DNA of 63,840 nucleotides, filler included, from an uncultured virus (IMG/VR IMGVR_UViG_2049941000_000232) (lineage: Duplodnaviria > Heunggongvirae > Uroviricota > Caudoviricetes). It is 34 parts of one record of this genome, joined end to end, with 100 filler letters (N's around TTAATTAATTAA, not from the genome) between each part and the next. Parts side by side here need not be neighbours in the genome. Positions count along the whole stretch, not along the records: positions 34,333 to 38,534 come from IMGVR_UViG_2049941000_000232; positions 38,635 to 41,028 come from IMGVR_UViG_2049941000_000232; positions 41,129 to 43,350 come from IMGVR_UViG_2049941000_000232; positions 43,451 to 44,633 come from IMGVR_UViG_2049941000_000232; positions 44,734 to 45,931 come from IMGVR_UViG_2049941000_000232; positions 46,032 to 46,689 come from IMGVR_UViG_2049941000_000232; positions 46,790 to 48,230 come from IMGVR_UViG_2049941000_000232; positions 48,331 to 49,438 come from IMGVR_UViG_2049941000_000232; 26 more parts are not named here. One strand, written 5' to 3'. Both the position numbers and the translations under genes were made by a program. Numbering within the stretch: position 1 is the first letter of the stretch; each line of letters starts with the position of its first letter. The notes below the pieces were generated by a model. It did no database searches. It saw only the letters and a list, made by a program, of their open reading frames with translations, and was not told the origin of the DNA. Shown one piece after another: positions 37,927-50,958 of the stretch.

Positions 37927-38830
37927 NNNNNNNNNNATACATTCCTCTTAAAGTCGTGTTTTTGGTTTCCATACGTACTATATAGCTCCATAATTCATCA
38001 TAATACTCATCACTGACCAGTGATTTCATATTTTTTCTGTTTTCATTAAAATCTGAATATGCCTGATCTATTGCATTGTCAAGATTAAAGTCAGCATCCC
38101 TCCTTATACTATATTCATCGCCGCGCGGAGTAGATTCATACATTACGTCTCCGACAACATTATCGTTATATCTATTTGCTAATTTCGTGATACAATTCGC
38201 AGCATACATGCNNNNNNNNNNGATATGATAAAGAAACTCAGAGTGTGTGCTTCATCAAAGATGAATATGCTGTATTTGATTTCAAGCGTGCGCTAGAATC
38301 TAAGAAAGGTGAAACTATATATTATATGTGCAGTGATTCAGATATCCAGAGTTTACTGCTGAATCACGATGATATAGCTGATACTGGTCCATACGCTAAT
38401 TCTATAAGCTCTTATGATGAAGCCGTGGCTTTCCGAGCACTTATGCAGCTTCGCCTTATGAGGAATGCGTATGTCCGTGACTGGAAGCCCGATGATGATA
38501 AGATCGTATATTATATATCAATGTATAATTTTGANNNNNNNNNNNNNNNNNNNNNNNNNNNNNNNNNNNNNNNNNNNNTTAATTAATTAANNNNNNNNNN
38601 NNNNNNNNNNNNNNNNNNNNNNNNNNNNNNNNNNAAAAATACAACATTATGAAAAAAATATATTCATTTCTCAACGGATACTCTTTCTACGATTATCTTG
38701 ATTACAAGTATGACGGACATATGAAGAAGCGTGTGAAAGATGTCATGAACAGATATTATACGAAGCGCCTGAGGGTCTTCTTTAAGAAAGAACTGCTAAA
38801 TGAATTGTATAACTATTAATCGGAACAACT

Positions 38831-39283
38831 ATGGATACAAATGATGTAAAACTTTTGATATGCGATCTGGGCGCACGTCTGGCATACCATACTATGCTTA
38901 ATGTAAATCGCAGCCATCGCGCCGAACAACTGTTCAGTGTATATACTGATGGCAACTATGCAGTCGTCAATAATATATACTATACAGATATAGACGAAAT
39001 CAAGCCGTATCTCAGGAAACTAAGCGACATGACTGAAGAAGAAATTGATAAAATCAACATGTTGTACGATGCTGTCCTGAAACATGTTGCTATCAAGACT
39101 GAGGAAGGTTTGAAGATGTATAGCTGCATGACTTCTGCAATATATGCACACTTTTGTTATGCACATCATATAGACATGTATGGCCTCATTAAAAAAGGCA
39201 TGGCATTAGAGGCTCCTGCAGATATGTATGATCTGTCAGAATGCGATGATGATGCTATATTAGAAAGGATAACTATTGTTTAA
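38831..39283 (+). CDS. Hypothetical phage protein, paralogous to 63562-63704
   Basis: Complete ORF; DLGARLAY versus ELCTRLPY N-terminal motif. Confidence 0.6.
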   Translation: MDTNDVKLLICDLGARLAYHTMLNVNRSHRAEQLFSVYTDGNYAVVNNIYYTDIDEIKPYLRKLSDMTEEEIDKINMLYDAVLKHVAIKTEEGLKMYSCMTSAIYAHFCYAHHIDMYGLIKKGMALEAPADMYDLSECDDDAILERITIV

Positions 39284-39594
39284 CATAATATCAGAGTATC
39301 TTGACAGTGCACTATGATGATTGCTGTGATTATATTACAGATAATATTACTGAAGAACAAAACTCATAATTATGACTGAACATTTCAACACACATAAAGC
39401 ATCTATAGTCCTGCATGATGGGGATATATGGGTCATCGATTTCAAAAGAGCTGACGGAAGGCCTCATTATGCAATCAGATTCTATATAGATGAGTCTATA
39501 TCTAGTGTGCATATAGAAGGTGATCTAGGGTATTGTATTTCTGTTTTTGACAGCAGAAATTCCTTACAGAGTATATCTGCTATGNNNNNNNNNN

Positions 39595-41028
39595 CATAGT
39601 TCTTTTGATGTAACATTATCATGTGGTGAGTGGACACATATTACGTTTACATACGATGGATCATCAATCAGATATTATAAAAATGGAGTCCTTGCATATA
39701 CCAAAAGCTATTCTGGAGGAAACATCTCTCATAAGTGTATATATTTAGGTAATTCTTTGTTCAATAGCACGCCAGCGTCTGAAACTGATAATGTATGTAT
39801 AAGTGATTTCAGAATGTACTGCACATGCTTGAGCGACAGCGATATATACGACTTATATAAAACCCGAGGGTCTATCGATAACAAANNNNNNNNNNGCAAC
39901 AAGCATCTGCTCCAACGGAGATATAAAATCATCTTCGTTCTCTGAAATACCTGTATATTTTGACAAGACTGTATATGAAGAATCTGATGGCAGCTTATGG
40001 ATCAGAATGTTCCATCATAATAATCCTGCATCATATATATTTGCTCAGAATGATCCGTTCACAACTCCATTTTATAAGAACGATAACATGTGGTGGAATG
40101 TTCCATTGTGCAACTATATAACAACAGGTAAATGGGAGATCATGGTCAAGCAAACTGCAACATCTGGGGGAACCGTCTCTAAATACAGATGGGTCCAAAT
40201 GTATAACCCTATGACAGCAACATGGGAGAATGTAACTGATGCTAACGTTATAAAGAATACATCAGCAGGATACAGCAATACCACTTCATATGGTGGTATA
40301 TTCAAATTTCATATAAATTCAAACACATATATAGCCGCAAATAATAGTGTAAATGGTAACTGGTATGGTGCTATGGGAGCATATGTTAGGCATCGGTCTG
40401 GTATACCTGGATATGCGTCAACAGTTATCACTACAGGTTATATGGATGTATATCTGAGAATAGATAATTATCTAAGAGATACAGATACAGAGATNNNNNN
40501 NNNNTACTGGCGGCAACGGAATAATATACATCAAGTATTACGGTACTTCAAGTGCAATCACTGTCGTTCCTGAGTGGCTTGATCGAAATGGATGCAGAAA
40601 TGGAGACTGTGCTGCTGGAGGATATATAGATGCTAATGGCAGAGTGAATATCACTGTAGGATTCCGATGTGGTAAAGATATGGGTACTACTACATGGTCG
40701 GCTAAATTACTATACAATAACAGTGCATATGCTATGTCAAATACATGGGCAACCGGATCATTCAATGGAACAGCAAAAGGTTCGTATCTTGGCGACTCAA
40801 CTTATAATAGACTTGCTGGAGTGACTTCAGGAAAAGTTCTATTATCTAAATGGGCAGGAGAGGACTGTTCTCTTGAAACAGAAGGTCATGCGTTAGATTG
40901 GAAAGACGATGGCATTACTCTATACCACTTAGGATTCTCTACTTCTGAGGCTGAGGGTTCATGGAATAATCTAAATAATATAATATTGTTCCCTGAACAT
41001 CAGTCTAAATATACATACTGCATACAAA
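39595..41028 (+). CDS. LamG/lectin-like receptor-binding protein fragments
   Basis: WTHITFTYDGSSIRYYKNG..ISDFRMY..LS LamG pattern; DGSLWIRMFHHN domain. Confidence 0.6.
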
Positions 41029-41342
41029 NNNNNNNNNNNNNNNNNNNNNNNNNNNNNNNNNNNNNNNNNNNNTTAATTAATTAANNNNNNNNNNNNNNNN
41101 NNNNNNNNNNNNNNNNNNNNNNNNNNNNAGCATTTCAAAGACCTATGTATCAAATATGAAGATATCATAGTCAAAATGAAAGACAATCCATTCTTTGAGA
41201 AAATGGCTAGAATCAAATAAAAATGCAAGAGAATGCATCTCTTGCATAAAGCGCGATTTAACACGATATTTCACTGAAGGTGAGTAATTATATTAAAGTA
41301 ATATTTAATCTCGTTAAAGGAGCCTCAAATATAGCAAAAATA

Positions 41343-42249
41343 CTATCTGAACAACATATCCTTCATAGCTTCTATAGTAGAAGCGTTGTACATACTAGGT
41401 TTCTGCATAGTATCTATACATAGATGCACTGTCTCATCATCTACTTTCATAGCTTCTTTAACAACATCAGTAACGTCCTTGCAATGAGAGAGGTTCAGAC
41501 CAAGATCATGCATAGCCCATTCTTTATATTGGGTCCAAGAGAATACTGAGAATCCTTTCTTGATAAGAGACATGGCCATTGCGTTACCAGTTTCATCATC
41601 GTCAAGCAAGAACCTGATATGCTCCTGATCATTATTGAACATGTTGATCACTCCTCCCATATTACCAGTACCTCCAGTAGATATAGAATTTGTGATGAAT
41701 GCTGCATCAAAGAAACCTTCACAGCATGTGATCACATTATTGAATGACACATTCAATATATTGACTGCAGTCACATATATCCTATATGCATCAAGAATAT
41801 CCTTCATATCTTTGGTCACCCTGTTAGACAGCGATGTGAGATATCTGAAATAATATCTATGAGATGAGTTCTCGTCTATTATACGCGTACTAGTTCCCAA
41901 TATCCTCATCTGATCGTTCATGATGACCGAATTGAGCTGAGATGGACCACCTTTGACATTATCTGCAACAATCTGCATCTTATATTGAGGGTCCATATAT
42001 TTATAGCCTCGGGATGCCATGTACTGCATATATACAAGATTGCCTCCTATAGGAGCGAACCCTATATCCAATAAGTTTTCAACAGGAACTGCTATGCTAA
42101 ACAATGCTGTCCTTGCTTTGTTGATCCTACCTATCAGCGTATCAGATTTGTCCAGTCCTAAAGATCCTGCAACGCTCACCTTCTGCTTCAGATTCTCCTC
42201 AAATAATTCATCAAGTATCTTGCCGAATTTAGCGTCGAGAGGATAATCG
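41343..42249 (-). CDS. Hypothetical protein, C-terminal part
   Basis: ~300-codon open frame. Confidence 0.55.
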
Positions 42250-42259
42250 NNNNNNNNNN

Positions 42260-42758
42260 TGTTCCCCGAATCAAACGCACTGAGTGATACATCACCACAT
42301 TTCTTGTATCCTTTGATGCTTGTAGATATGCAATTCAATATAGTTGACGAGAAGAATGAGAAGCAGTTGTTCTTTAATAGTATTGTGTCTCCGTCCTTCA
42401 GCTGCCCTACATTGGAAGAGTTCACTCTTGAATGGTCAGGGAAGTAACATGCACTCAGAGGGTATGTCACTTTGACTCTCTTGTCTTTCTTGGAGAATCC
42501 TATTATCTCACCATCATCAGAGATTCCTTTGAATGTGTTCTCTATATATAGCTTGAATTTCTTTACAGCCATCATACATCTGGCTACTGCATCTGCTGCA
42601 ACATATTGTCTGACATCATCTGATGAAAATGCGAGTTTGGCTGTCTGCAGTCTGATAAGCTGCATGAATATCTTATATGCGTCGTTCTCTGCCTTGCGGA
42701 TATCTATAAGCTTGCCTGAATCATAAGCGTCCTGTAGTGCTATGCATCACTGTAGGAT
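42260..42758 (-). CDS. gp55-like late sigma factor, partial
   Basis: FSSDDVRQY..DAVARC..KKF and NCFSFFSSTILNCI..IK resemble the gp55 NPFAYFTQI..NAF region. Confidence 0.6.
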
Positions 42759-42985
42759 NNNNNNNNNNCTCAACGAATTCAGATGCTCTCTCTAGTATAT
42801 GTCTTACTTTTCGCTTGAGATCTTCATTGATGTTTCTACTGTCATCTAAGCTGCATCCTACATGCTCTGAAAGATCTTTAGATAACACTTCGTTGACAGC
42901 GTCTTCAAGAAGATGCTTGTCTATATTGCCATCATTATTATGGCTGTCTCTTAGGAATTCTTCTATCTTATTCATAATCACAATA

Positions 42986-43198
42986 TTAAAATGCTAAATA
43001 TGCTGTTAATGCACGGACGAACGTGCTTGAATTCAATAAATCATACAATGGACCTTTAGTAATACCTAAGGCGTTGCATATAGCTTTAGCAACTTTAGGC
43101 CCTATTACAGCACCCATTGCAGCCGTGATGATGCCTTCATTAAGCGTACATCCCTTCTGTTGCTGTACATATTGTTCAAATGTTTTACATTCCTTCAT
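42986..43198 (-). CDS. Small probable internal head protein
   Basis: MKxxKTFEQY...LNEG N-terminus followed by a hydrophobic helix. Confidence 0.5.
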   Translation of the reverse strand: MKECKTFEQYVQQQKGCTLNEGIITAAMGAVIGPKVAKAICNALGITKGPLYDLLNSSTFVRALTAYLAF

Positions 43199-43450
43199 AA
43201 CAATTATTAATGTTCGTATATTATCAAGCAGACAAATTAATGGCTCATATCATCGTATCCTATTTTGATTGTAGTCACACCCCATTTTGCAAATGTCGGA
43301 TCAAGATCAGATTTTATCTCGCTTCTCAGATCAGTCGTACATATCTGCAANNNNNNNNNNNNNNNNNNNNNNNNNNNNNNNNNNNNNNNNNNNNTTAATT
43401 AATTAANNNNNNNNNNNNNNNNNNNNNNNNNNNNNNNNNNNNNNNNNNNN

Positions 43451-44633
43451 AGAATCTTGGGTCTACTCTCCATTTGCGGTCTTTAAGCTCTCCAAGATTT
43501 GAGAAATCAAATGAATCTGCAGCGTTACCTCCTCGAGCCCATGAAAGCCAGTCTATAAGAGCAGGCTCTACATTGTATACGCCTGCGAAACGGTTGAAGA
43601 ATGCAGATGGTGCGTTCTTCAATGCATTAGCAACTGTCTTATCATCGTTAGGTCTATTAGATACACATATGAATGTCCATTTAGATCCTAGCACTCTCTC
43701 GCCGAGCTTGCGTGTCAGGATCAAGTTCATAAGCTGTCCGAACACTCCGGGATCCTGGACGCGGAGAAGCTCATCTAGCAATATGATTCCTCCATCAGTG
43801 GTTACTCCTTTCTCTGAAACATGTCCATTAGCAATAGCATCTGCTTTAGCATCAAGATCAGGATCTCCTGTAGGCTTATAGCATGGCAGCCACTCTTTGG
43901 TCATGTCTGATATACTCTCCTTGCTGAGTGCTTTTCTCTCTTCGTCGCTCAGCTTGATACCAGCCATATCTGCAATAATATCAGTATTCTTGTCTTTAGT
44001 AGGCATCACAAGAGAAAGTGATTCCAGACCTAAATTAGCACAGTCTATAACAATGATACCTTTCTTCTTAGAGCTGCCAACTTGTGAGTTATATGAATCA
44101 ATAACAGCGTTGACAATAGATGTCTTGCCGACTCCTGGAGCACCGAATAGCAATACGGGGAGTGATCTGCCTTTAAGGCTAGACACTTTCATGATATTAG
44201 AAAGGACTACTTTCTTGATGAAATTAGTATCTACGTCCTGTACAGGATTACGCAATACAGATCCGTCTCTACGGGTCTTCCATGAATACTTTCCAAGTCC
44301 ATTGATTTCGCCGAAACCATCGACCGCAGCTTCATTAACATCTCCATGAAGAGTAGTTGCTGCATCTATCAATGCTTTGATATTATTCTTCTCTGTACGA
44401 GTTGTAGGTTCTGCGCCTATGCGGACGTCACTGTCGACTTTTCTTCTCAAAGGAAAAATCTCTCCTAAAGTAGCTGCTTGTACACCTGCGTGTGTGCGGC
44501 CATCGATATTCTCTGGCGCAACAACCTGAAGGACAACTTTTTTTGCTTTGTCCATAAAATATGTGAATTTGTCTTTAACTATATAGACAATATCACTCAA
44601 AAGACCTTCATAGATCTTATTTTCTATATATTG
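43451..44633 (-). CDS. MoxR-like AAA+ ATPase, paralogue 1, partial
   Basis: GAPGVGKT, GGIILLDEL, SNRPND, FNRF, DPR. Confidence 0.85.
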
Positions 44634-46031
44634 NNNNNNNNNNNNNNNNNNNNNNNNNNNNNNNNNNNNNNNNNNNNTTAATTAATTAANNNNNNNNNNN
44701 NNNNNNNNNNNNNNNNNNNNNNNNNNNNNNNNNATATGTATGTGTAGTGTTTGTATCTATCAGAACGTCAACTGATTCGCAAAGAGACCAGAAGATCTGG
44801 CCTACTATATTGCTGCTTATTGTAGGCAGCGCCTGTACCTGGTTCACTCTAAAGTCCATAGTCTTGTTCAATCCAGAATTATTATATCTCCATCGGATAA
44901 AAGATCCTTCTTCTACTTCAACAGCTACATCCTTCAAGTCCATGACAACCCATCCAGGAATATCTCCTGGAGTAGATATAATGTCACCGGAAGTATCTGT
45001 AACATTGTATAGTCTTACTACTGTATCATCTCCGATGATTTCTTTNNNNNNNNNNTAAAGTACATTCTCGTATACAACTAGAAAGTCACCCCAAGCACAT
45101 GCATTGTACAAAGGGTGACTGCTATCAATTATCACAGTATACATACCTCCTTGATAAGGAACAGTAACCATTGCCGTATCTACGCTTGCACAATGGAATT
45201 GCTTGCCCCTTACAATCAGCTTATTAGGATTAGTAGTACTGCTCATATTATTGTGATCATCATATATTGATATTTACAGCATACACTCAATCAATACTAG
45301 TGATCACGACATATTGATGTACGAGTTGTTTCTTCACGAGACTATCTATGTCTTTATCTGTAGGGTTTATGTACATATGCCCATTACTGAACCTAACAGG
45401 CAATTCTATCGGTGCAGACCAATAGAAAGCATCTTCACCGAATATCCAATAAGTACCGTCATTATCTTTACCTATAATGATAAGTCTATCAATCTCAGGA
45501 AGGTCTGATTCTTCNNNNNNNNNNATCAATCGTTTTCAGAAAGTGACGTATTTGCAGCAGTAATAGCAGAATTAGCTTTAGCTGAAACATCTCGTATTTC
45601 AGCTTCGCGTGCTGAATCAATACCAGCGATCTGTAGAATCTTGCGTCCTGCAACTCTATTGATATCTAGATTGTTGAATGGACATCCTTTGAATACATCG
45701 ATACTAGGACGGAGGTTTCTCCAAGGCCAGTTCAAAATAGAGTCATTGTTGAATGTCGATTTATAGAAGCACCCATCTACTACAATATATGTTTTTTCAT
45801 TCAAGGTCATATCAGAGAATACTTCACTCAGATCTGTATTAGGTATATCCATAAATGCAAATGCTGCTGTAATATCTTTGATACCTATGAACTTGATGAA
45901 TGTAAGAAGATTGAAAGTCTCTCGATGTGTTNNNNNNNNNNNNNNNNNNNNNNNNNNNNNNNNNNNNNNNNNNNNTTAATTAATTAANNNNNNNNNNNNN
46001 NNNNNNNNNNNNNNNNNNNNNNNNNNNNNNN

Positions 46032-46302
46032 TGTACTTGTATCAAAGACATATACAGCAGATTTAGCTTTGTCGAACTCTGCGGAGAAGGCTTTCATTCG
46101 TTCTTTGCCCTGACGGATCATATAACAATCTGGATACAAATAATCTACAATATCTACAATGATAGAGTTTCTACCTTCCTTAGATTCATGCTTTCTCATA
46201 AGACGCCCTACAACCTGTGCTGTAGTGACAGAACTTGACCATCCTTCAACAAGAATAGCATATCTCAAATTCTTCACACTGAAACCTGTTCCGATACATC
46301 TC
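46032..46302 (-). CDS. uvsW: UvsW-like helicase, C-terminal fragment
   Basis: GTGFSVKNL..QVVGRLMRKH..DIVD. Confidence 0.8.
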
Positions 46303-46441
46303 NNNNNNNNNNTACACTGCTCAGTTCTAAGATCTTCCAAATGAGCCTTCATAGCGTCGCGGGCTGCTATATATTTCGAATATACAGTTGCTATAGCACT
46401 TGTCTCTTTCTTTTTTGACATAGGCAATCATGGTGTTAAAT

Positions 46442-46490
46442 GTGAACTACTCATGAACTAAAGATTCATGAGCTTCGGATTTCAACGGGA
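46442..46490 (-). mobile_element. tnpB element right end
   Basis: CTCATGAA-TCTTTAG-TTCATGAG-TAGTTCAC, a variant of the ends at 31366 and 60143. Confidence 0.85.
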
Positions 46491-46500
46491 NNNNNNNNNN

Positions 46501-47653
46501 CTTGCATAGATTGTACTAGCAAATCCCATAGCGATGCCACTAGTATTGTTACATAAGACATATGGTATGATAGGGAGCATGTATGCAGGTTCGCATTCCT
46601 GGCCATCGCTCCATTGAGGTACACATATATCATTATCCATGAATACATCATTGAAAAGCTTCGAGCCTTGATAAGGAACAGTAACCATTNNNNNNNNNNN
46701 NNNNNNNNNNNNNNNNNNNNNNNNNNNNNNNNNTTAATTAATTAANNNNNNNNNNNNNNNNNNNNNNNNNNNNNNNNNNNNNNNNNNNNATATGACGAAA
46801 TAATAGCCTTTACATTAGAAGGGACAACTGATGCCCATGTTTTGATTTTTGTCAGTGTTAACATAAAATTACATCTTTTTGATTATATTAGACAGGCTAT
46901 CTAGATCTGAAATATACATATCTATATAATCTGTCGCTTTCAATTCTTTCAATTTAGATTTGAGTTCTTTCAGCTTGTCTTCCAAAGCCTTTATCTTTTC
47001 TGCAGTGATGCTATCAACNNNNNNNNNNCTTGGAATTCAATGTGTTACCTTTGGTAAACTTTATGTCATAAGACTTGTCAGCATTGCGTGTGAATGTAAG
47101 GAGCTTCGCATCTCTTAATTCTGTAAGGTCTTTTTGAAAAGGCCCAAACTCTCCTATGAATTCATCTATATGAAGATCACCTTTCTTATTTACAGAGTAT
47201 ACACCATGAACATCCCATTTATTAGGATCTGCAGTAGGAGTACATGTCCCTTTGAAATCAGGTATCGACGGCGTCAAGACTTTAGGTACTGTATTGACTC
47301 CTTTCTTTATATTCTTCAGAGCCCTGATACATTCTTTAATGATATNNNNNNNNNNACCTAGCAGGTACTCATAAGATTCATTGACTCTATCATACTTAGC
47401 AGCATCAAGCCTCTTCTCAATATCAGTCTTCTTATAGAAATCTTCGTGCTCTTTGATGAACCTGATTCTATTAGTAGCCATAATGATATCAGTATTAGTC
47501 TTATCTATAAGCTTCTTCAAGCGTATTTTATAGAACTCAGATCTGAACGCTACGAATTTAGGAATGACCTCTCCTACATGATTGAACTCTATAATATTAG
47601 CGTTTTCGTCTGTCATTGTAGGGTTCTCTGTTATAGTAGACTCAAGATGAAGC
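46501..47653 (-). CDS. Type IIA topoisomerase GyrA/gp52-like subunit, shuffled fragments
   Basis: EPAYMLPIIPYVLCN..GIAMGFAS; PDFKG; ENxT.....I..F..FR..FY. Confidence 0.82.
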
Positions 47654-47663
47654 NNNNNNNNNN

Positions 47664-48230
47664 TTATATTGATCCCATGCTTTGCTAACATATTCTTATA
47701 TATTGCAAGCTGTATAGTATATTCAGATAAAGGCTCTTTTACCATATTAGCATATTCTCCCAGCATGTATATTTTCTGAGATCTAGCGTATGGATTGTCC
47801 AATTTTTTAGATGTCTTATAATCCCACATAGATAATGTGAGGTCACTTTCCAGCATCAGCAAGTCGACAGTTCCACATATCTTCTTTTCAGGGTCGTCAA
47901 CAATACATTCAGCAGCGACAGGCCATCTGTTTTGCTCTGATATAATTTTCTCCCAGAATTCAATAATATGACTCTGTCCGATCATACAAGGCAAGAACGT
48001 ATCATTCTTTAATTGGAAAGGAAATACACACTTGAAGCCTTCTATCAAAGTATCTACTTCATCCCAGTTCTCAAGCATAGACTGGACCATAATATTACAT
48101 ATAAGCTCGCCGAATAGATGGCAGGTGCTTCCTGTAGCTGCTGCACAATCTGCATTATACTCCCACATAGCCTTGACAACATGAGGCTGTATGCCGTTCT
48201 TGCGTCCATATCGCTTTGATATTTCATCCC
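47664..48230 (-). CDS. PD-(D/E)xK Cas4/RecB-like exonuclease, partial
   Basis: GSTCH, E..ICGTVDLL, DYKT, YTIQLAIY. Confidence 0.82.
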
Positions 48231-48445
48231 NNNNNNNNNNNNNNNNNNNNNNNNNNNNNNNNNNNNNNNNNNNNTTAATTAATTAANNNNNNNNNNNNNN
48301 NNNNNNNNNNNNNNNNNNNNNNNNNNNNNNTTTGCTATCGAAGAGATGGAAAGCGTAGAAAAAGAACTCGGGTATATTCCTGTAGTCTTGAACGATGGTA
48401 CTGTAAAGAAAACAGAAGCTGCTTTCTGGAAACCGNNNNNNNNNN

Positions 48446-48726
48446 TTATTGAACATATCGTGGTTGCCTGTAACAACATATACTCTGTCGAAAACATCAC
48501 ACATTCCATCAAGGAACTCTTTAGCTTTCAATATATCTGCAGGATTCAACCTAAGCCTTGAGTCGAACAGATCACCACATACAACGCCGATAAATTCAGT
48601 ATCGGCTTTGATTAAAGTTTTCGCTTTTTCATTCAAATACTTTAGTGATAAAGAATGAAGCTCTCCATCATCGGGAAGTTTTTTTCCGATATGTACATCA
48701 CTGAAAACAAAATACTGCCTTTTCAT
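48446..48726 (-). CDS. Mre11/SbcD-like recombination nuclease (gp47), N-terminal part
   Basis: SDVHIG, GDLFD, GNHD. Confidence 0.8.
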
Positions 48727-49758
48727 AAAACCATCACTTTATCTGTATTGACAGGTACTATAGCCNNNNNNNNNNNNNNNNNNNNNNNNNNNNNNNNNNN
48801 NNNNNNNNNNNNNNNNNNNNNNNNNNNNNNNNNNNNNNNNNNNNNNNNNNNNNNNNNNNNNNNNNNNNNNNNNNNNNNNNNNNNNNNNNNNNNNNNNNNN
48901 NNNNNNNNNNNNNNNNNNNNNNNNNNNNNNNNNNNNNNNNNAGAACCTTCTTGACGATGTTAATAAGTATACATTGTTGAAGTCTGCAAATGATGCTGTA
49001 GATACTACAGGTAAGAAATGTCCTATCTTTATCAAGAAGATCGCAGCTAAGATCGGTGTCAGCGAGACAAAAGAGTTCTGCAGATATTGGGCTCAGATCC
49101 TTGACAAGGAAATCAATACAGCAAACAACACCACAGAAGATGAGATGGATGGAAAGCGCGGTACTGTGAGCGATGACTTGAAGTCTCTTATGAAGGAAGG
49201 TATCGATGATGTAAGAAAAATCTTTGCTGTGAAAGACAGCGATATGGCTGAGAATCTAGGTTCATCTAAATTCTTCCAGGGTCTGAAGGTCGATCTTAAT
49301 GATGCTGAAAAAGAGCAACCTAAGAAGGTGACAAAGCAAATATCAGCCCTTCAGGGATTGTATCTGTCTATCTTCGGAGCATATACCGGCGCACCTACTC
49401 CAGAATTGACATTTATCACTCGTAGAGCAGGTACAGGANNNNNNNNNNNNNNNNNNNNNNNNNNNNNNNNNNNNNNNNNNNNTTAATTAATTAANNNNNN
49501 NNNNNNNNNNNNNNNNNNNNNNNNNNNNNNNNNNNNNNTTGCAATATTGCATCTAAAGGCACGTCTTGCACTATAGGCCTTTCGCTGTGAGACCTGTTAG
49601 CGTGCTTCCGCATCCATCTATGAGATGATGCTACTGCTTTCTTTAATCCAGATATCTCGTATCTACTCATAATGACTGGTTTTGTTAGTATCTGATAATA
49701 TAATCAGTGCTGAACATGTAAATCTATCATACGAAATTATATTTTCAAATCATTATAT

Positions 49759-50948
49759 TATGTTATTATACAGTGAATATGCTATCCGTGAGGGCATCTC
49801 TGATGTTTGGAAAGTTGTAGTCAATAAGGCTAAACAAGTACTCCAGGTTACTCCTCTTGTTGCAATCAAGAACCTTCTTGCTAGAACACGACTAGGTAAG
49901 TTCTTTGTTGGTAATGTCGATCCTAACAGCGTCAGCACAGACGCTTCTAAAGGAGAAGGCAATATCAGAACTAATATAGAATGGTTGCTCTCGCAGACAA
50001 AGACAAAAAACGTACATGAAGCTTTGAACGGCTTCTTCGCTGACGGAAAGGCTGTGTCTGAAGTCACTCAGATCGACGGTGAAGACATGGCTGAGATCCT
50101 TGCAGACCTTATGGCAGATATCTCTAAGGAGTCTTACAACCCTAAAAATGAGCACAACCTTCAGGTCCCTTGTTTCTATGGAGCTATCGGTATCGGTAAG
50201 ACAACGATCTTGAAGCAGGTTATACGTGAGTGGAATGCAGTCAATGACAAGAAGAGAGGTCTTATCCTGCTTGATGGCGGGCAGCTTACTTCTGATTCAT
50301 TCTTGCTGCCTTCTCTTGTTGATGTCAGCAATACTAAAGGTGTTATCGCATCAGTTCTGGATATTGATGTTGACACTACATCTAAGGATAACAGACTTGG
50401 ACCTGCTCCGGCATCATTTCTGCCTCTATACAAGCCTACAGGTAATCTTGTAGAGGATGAGAAATTGGATGCTATCGCTAACGGACGCACAGGCGTTTCT
50501 GGTATTTCTGTAGACGGCGGCCTTATCGTTGTAGATGAGTTCTTCCGCGCAGACCCTTCAGTGTTCAAGAACCTGATGAATATCATGCAGCAGCGTACAG
50601 CAGGTGCAGGCGAATATGTTCTTGGTTCTAAATGGGCTTTCATCTTATTGAGTAACCGTCCATGTGATGATGACGAGGTTGCTGAAGCTTATGATAGAGC
50701 ATCAGGTGCGTTCTTCGGCCGTATCACTCCTTATCTATATGTCCCTACTCCAAAAGACTGGTACTCATGGGCTGAGAAAGAAGGACATGTCAATAAGGTT
50801 GTGATTGACTACATAAAGCAAGACGAGTCTAAATTCCATAAGGATACTGAAGATATCCAGTTCACACTAGACCCTCGTAACTGGGAAGGTGTAGGTAAGA
50901 TCATCGACGATGTCATTGAGAGACGTTATCCTAATACACTTGAAGGCA
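49759..50948 (+). CDS. MoxR-like AAA+ ATPase, paralogue 2, partial
   Basis: GAIGIGKT, GGLIVVDEF, SNRPCD, DPRNWE. Confidence 0.85.
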
Positions 50949-50958
50949 NNNNNNNNNN

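Noticed and set aside
36880..41028. Diversity-generating retroelement acting on fibre genes
   Set aside because: No reverse transcriptase and no adenine-variant repeat pair seen in this window
42730..42758. In-frame TGA near the start of the sigma-like fragment, and stop-codon recoding in general
   Set aside because: Single case at a contig edge, explicable by a 1-nt error; conserved genes read normally in the standard code and no suppressor tRNA is seen
45149..46689. Exact 24-nt duplication CCTTGATAAGGAACAGTAACCATT (45149-45172 and 46666-46689)
   Set aside because: The second copy is at a contig end and replaces expected topoisomerase sequence; most likely a chimeric read or misassembly
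47664..48230. Cas4-like nuclease as evidence of a CRISPR-Cas system
   Set aside because: No repeat-spacer array or other cas genes; stand-alone PD-(D/E)xK exonucleases are common in phages
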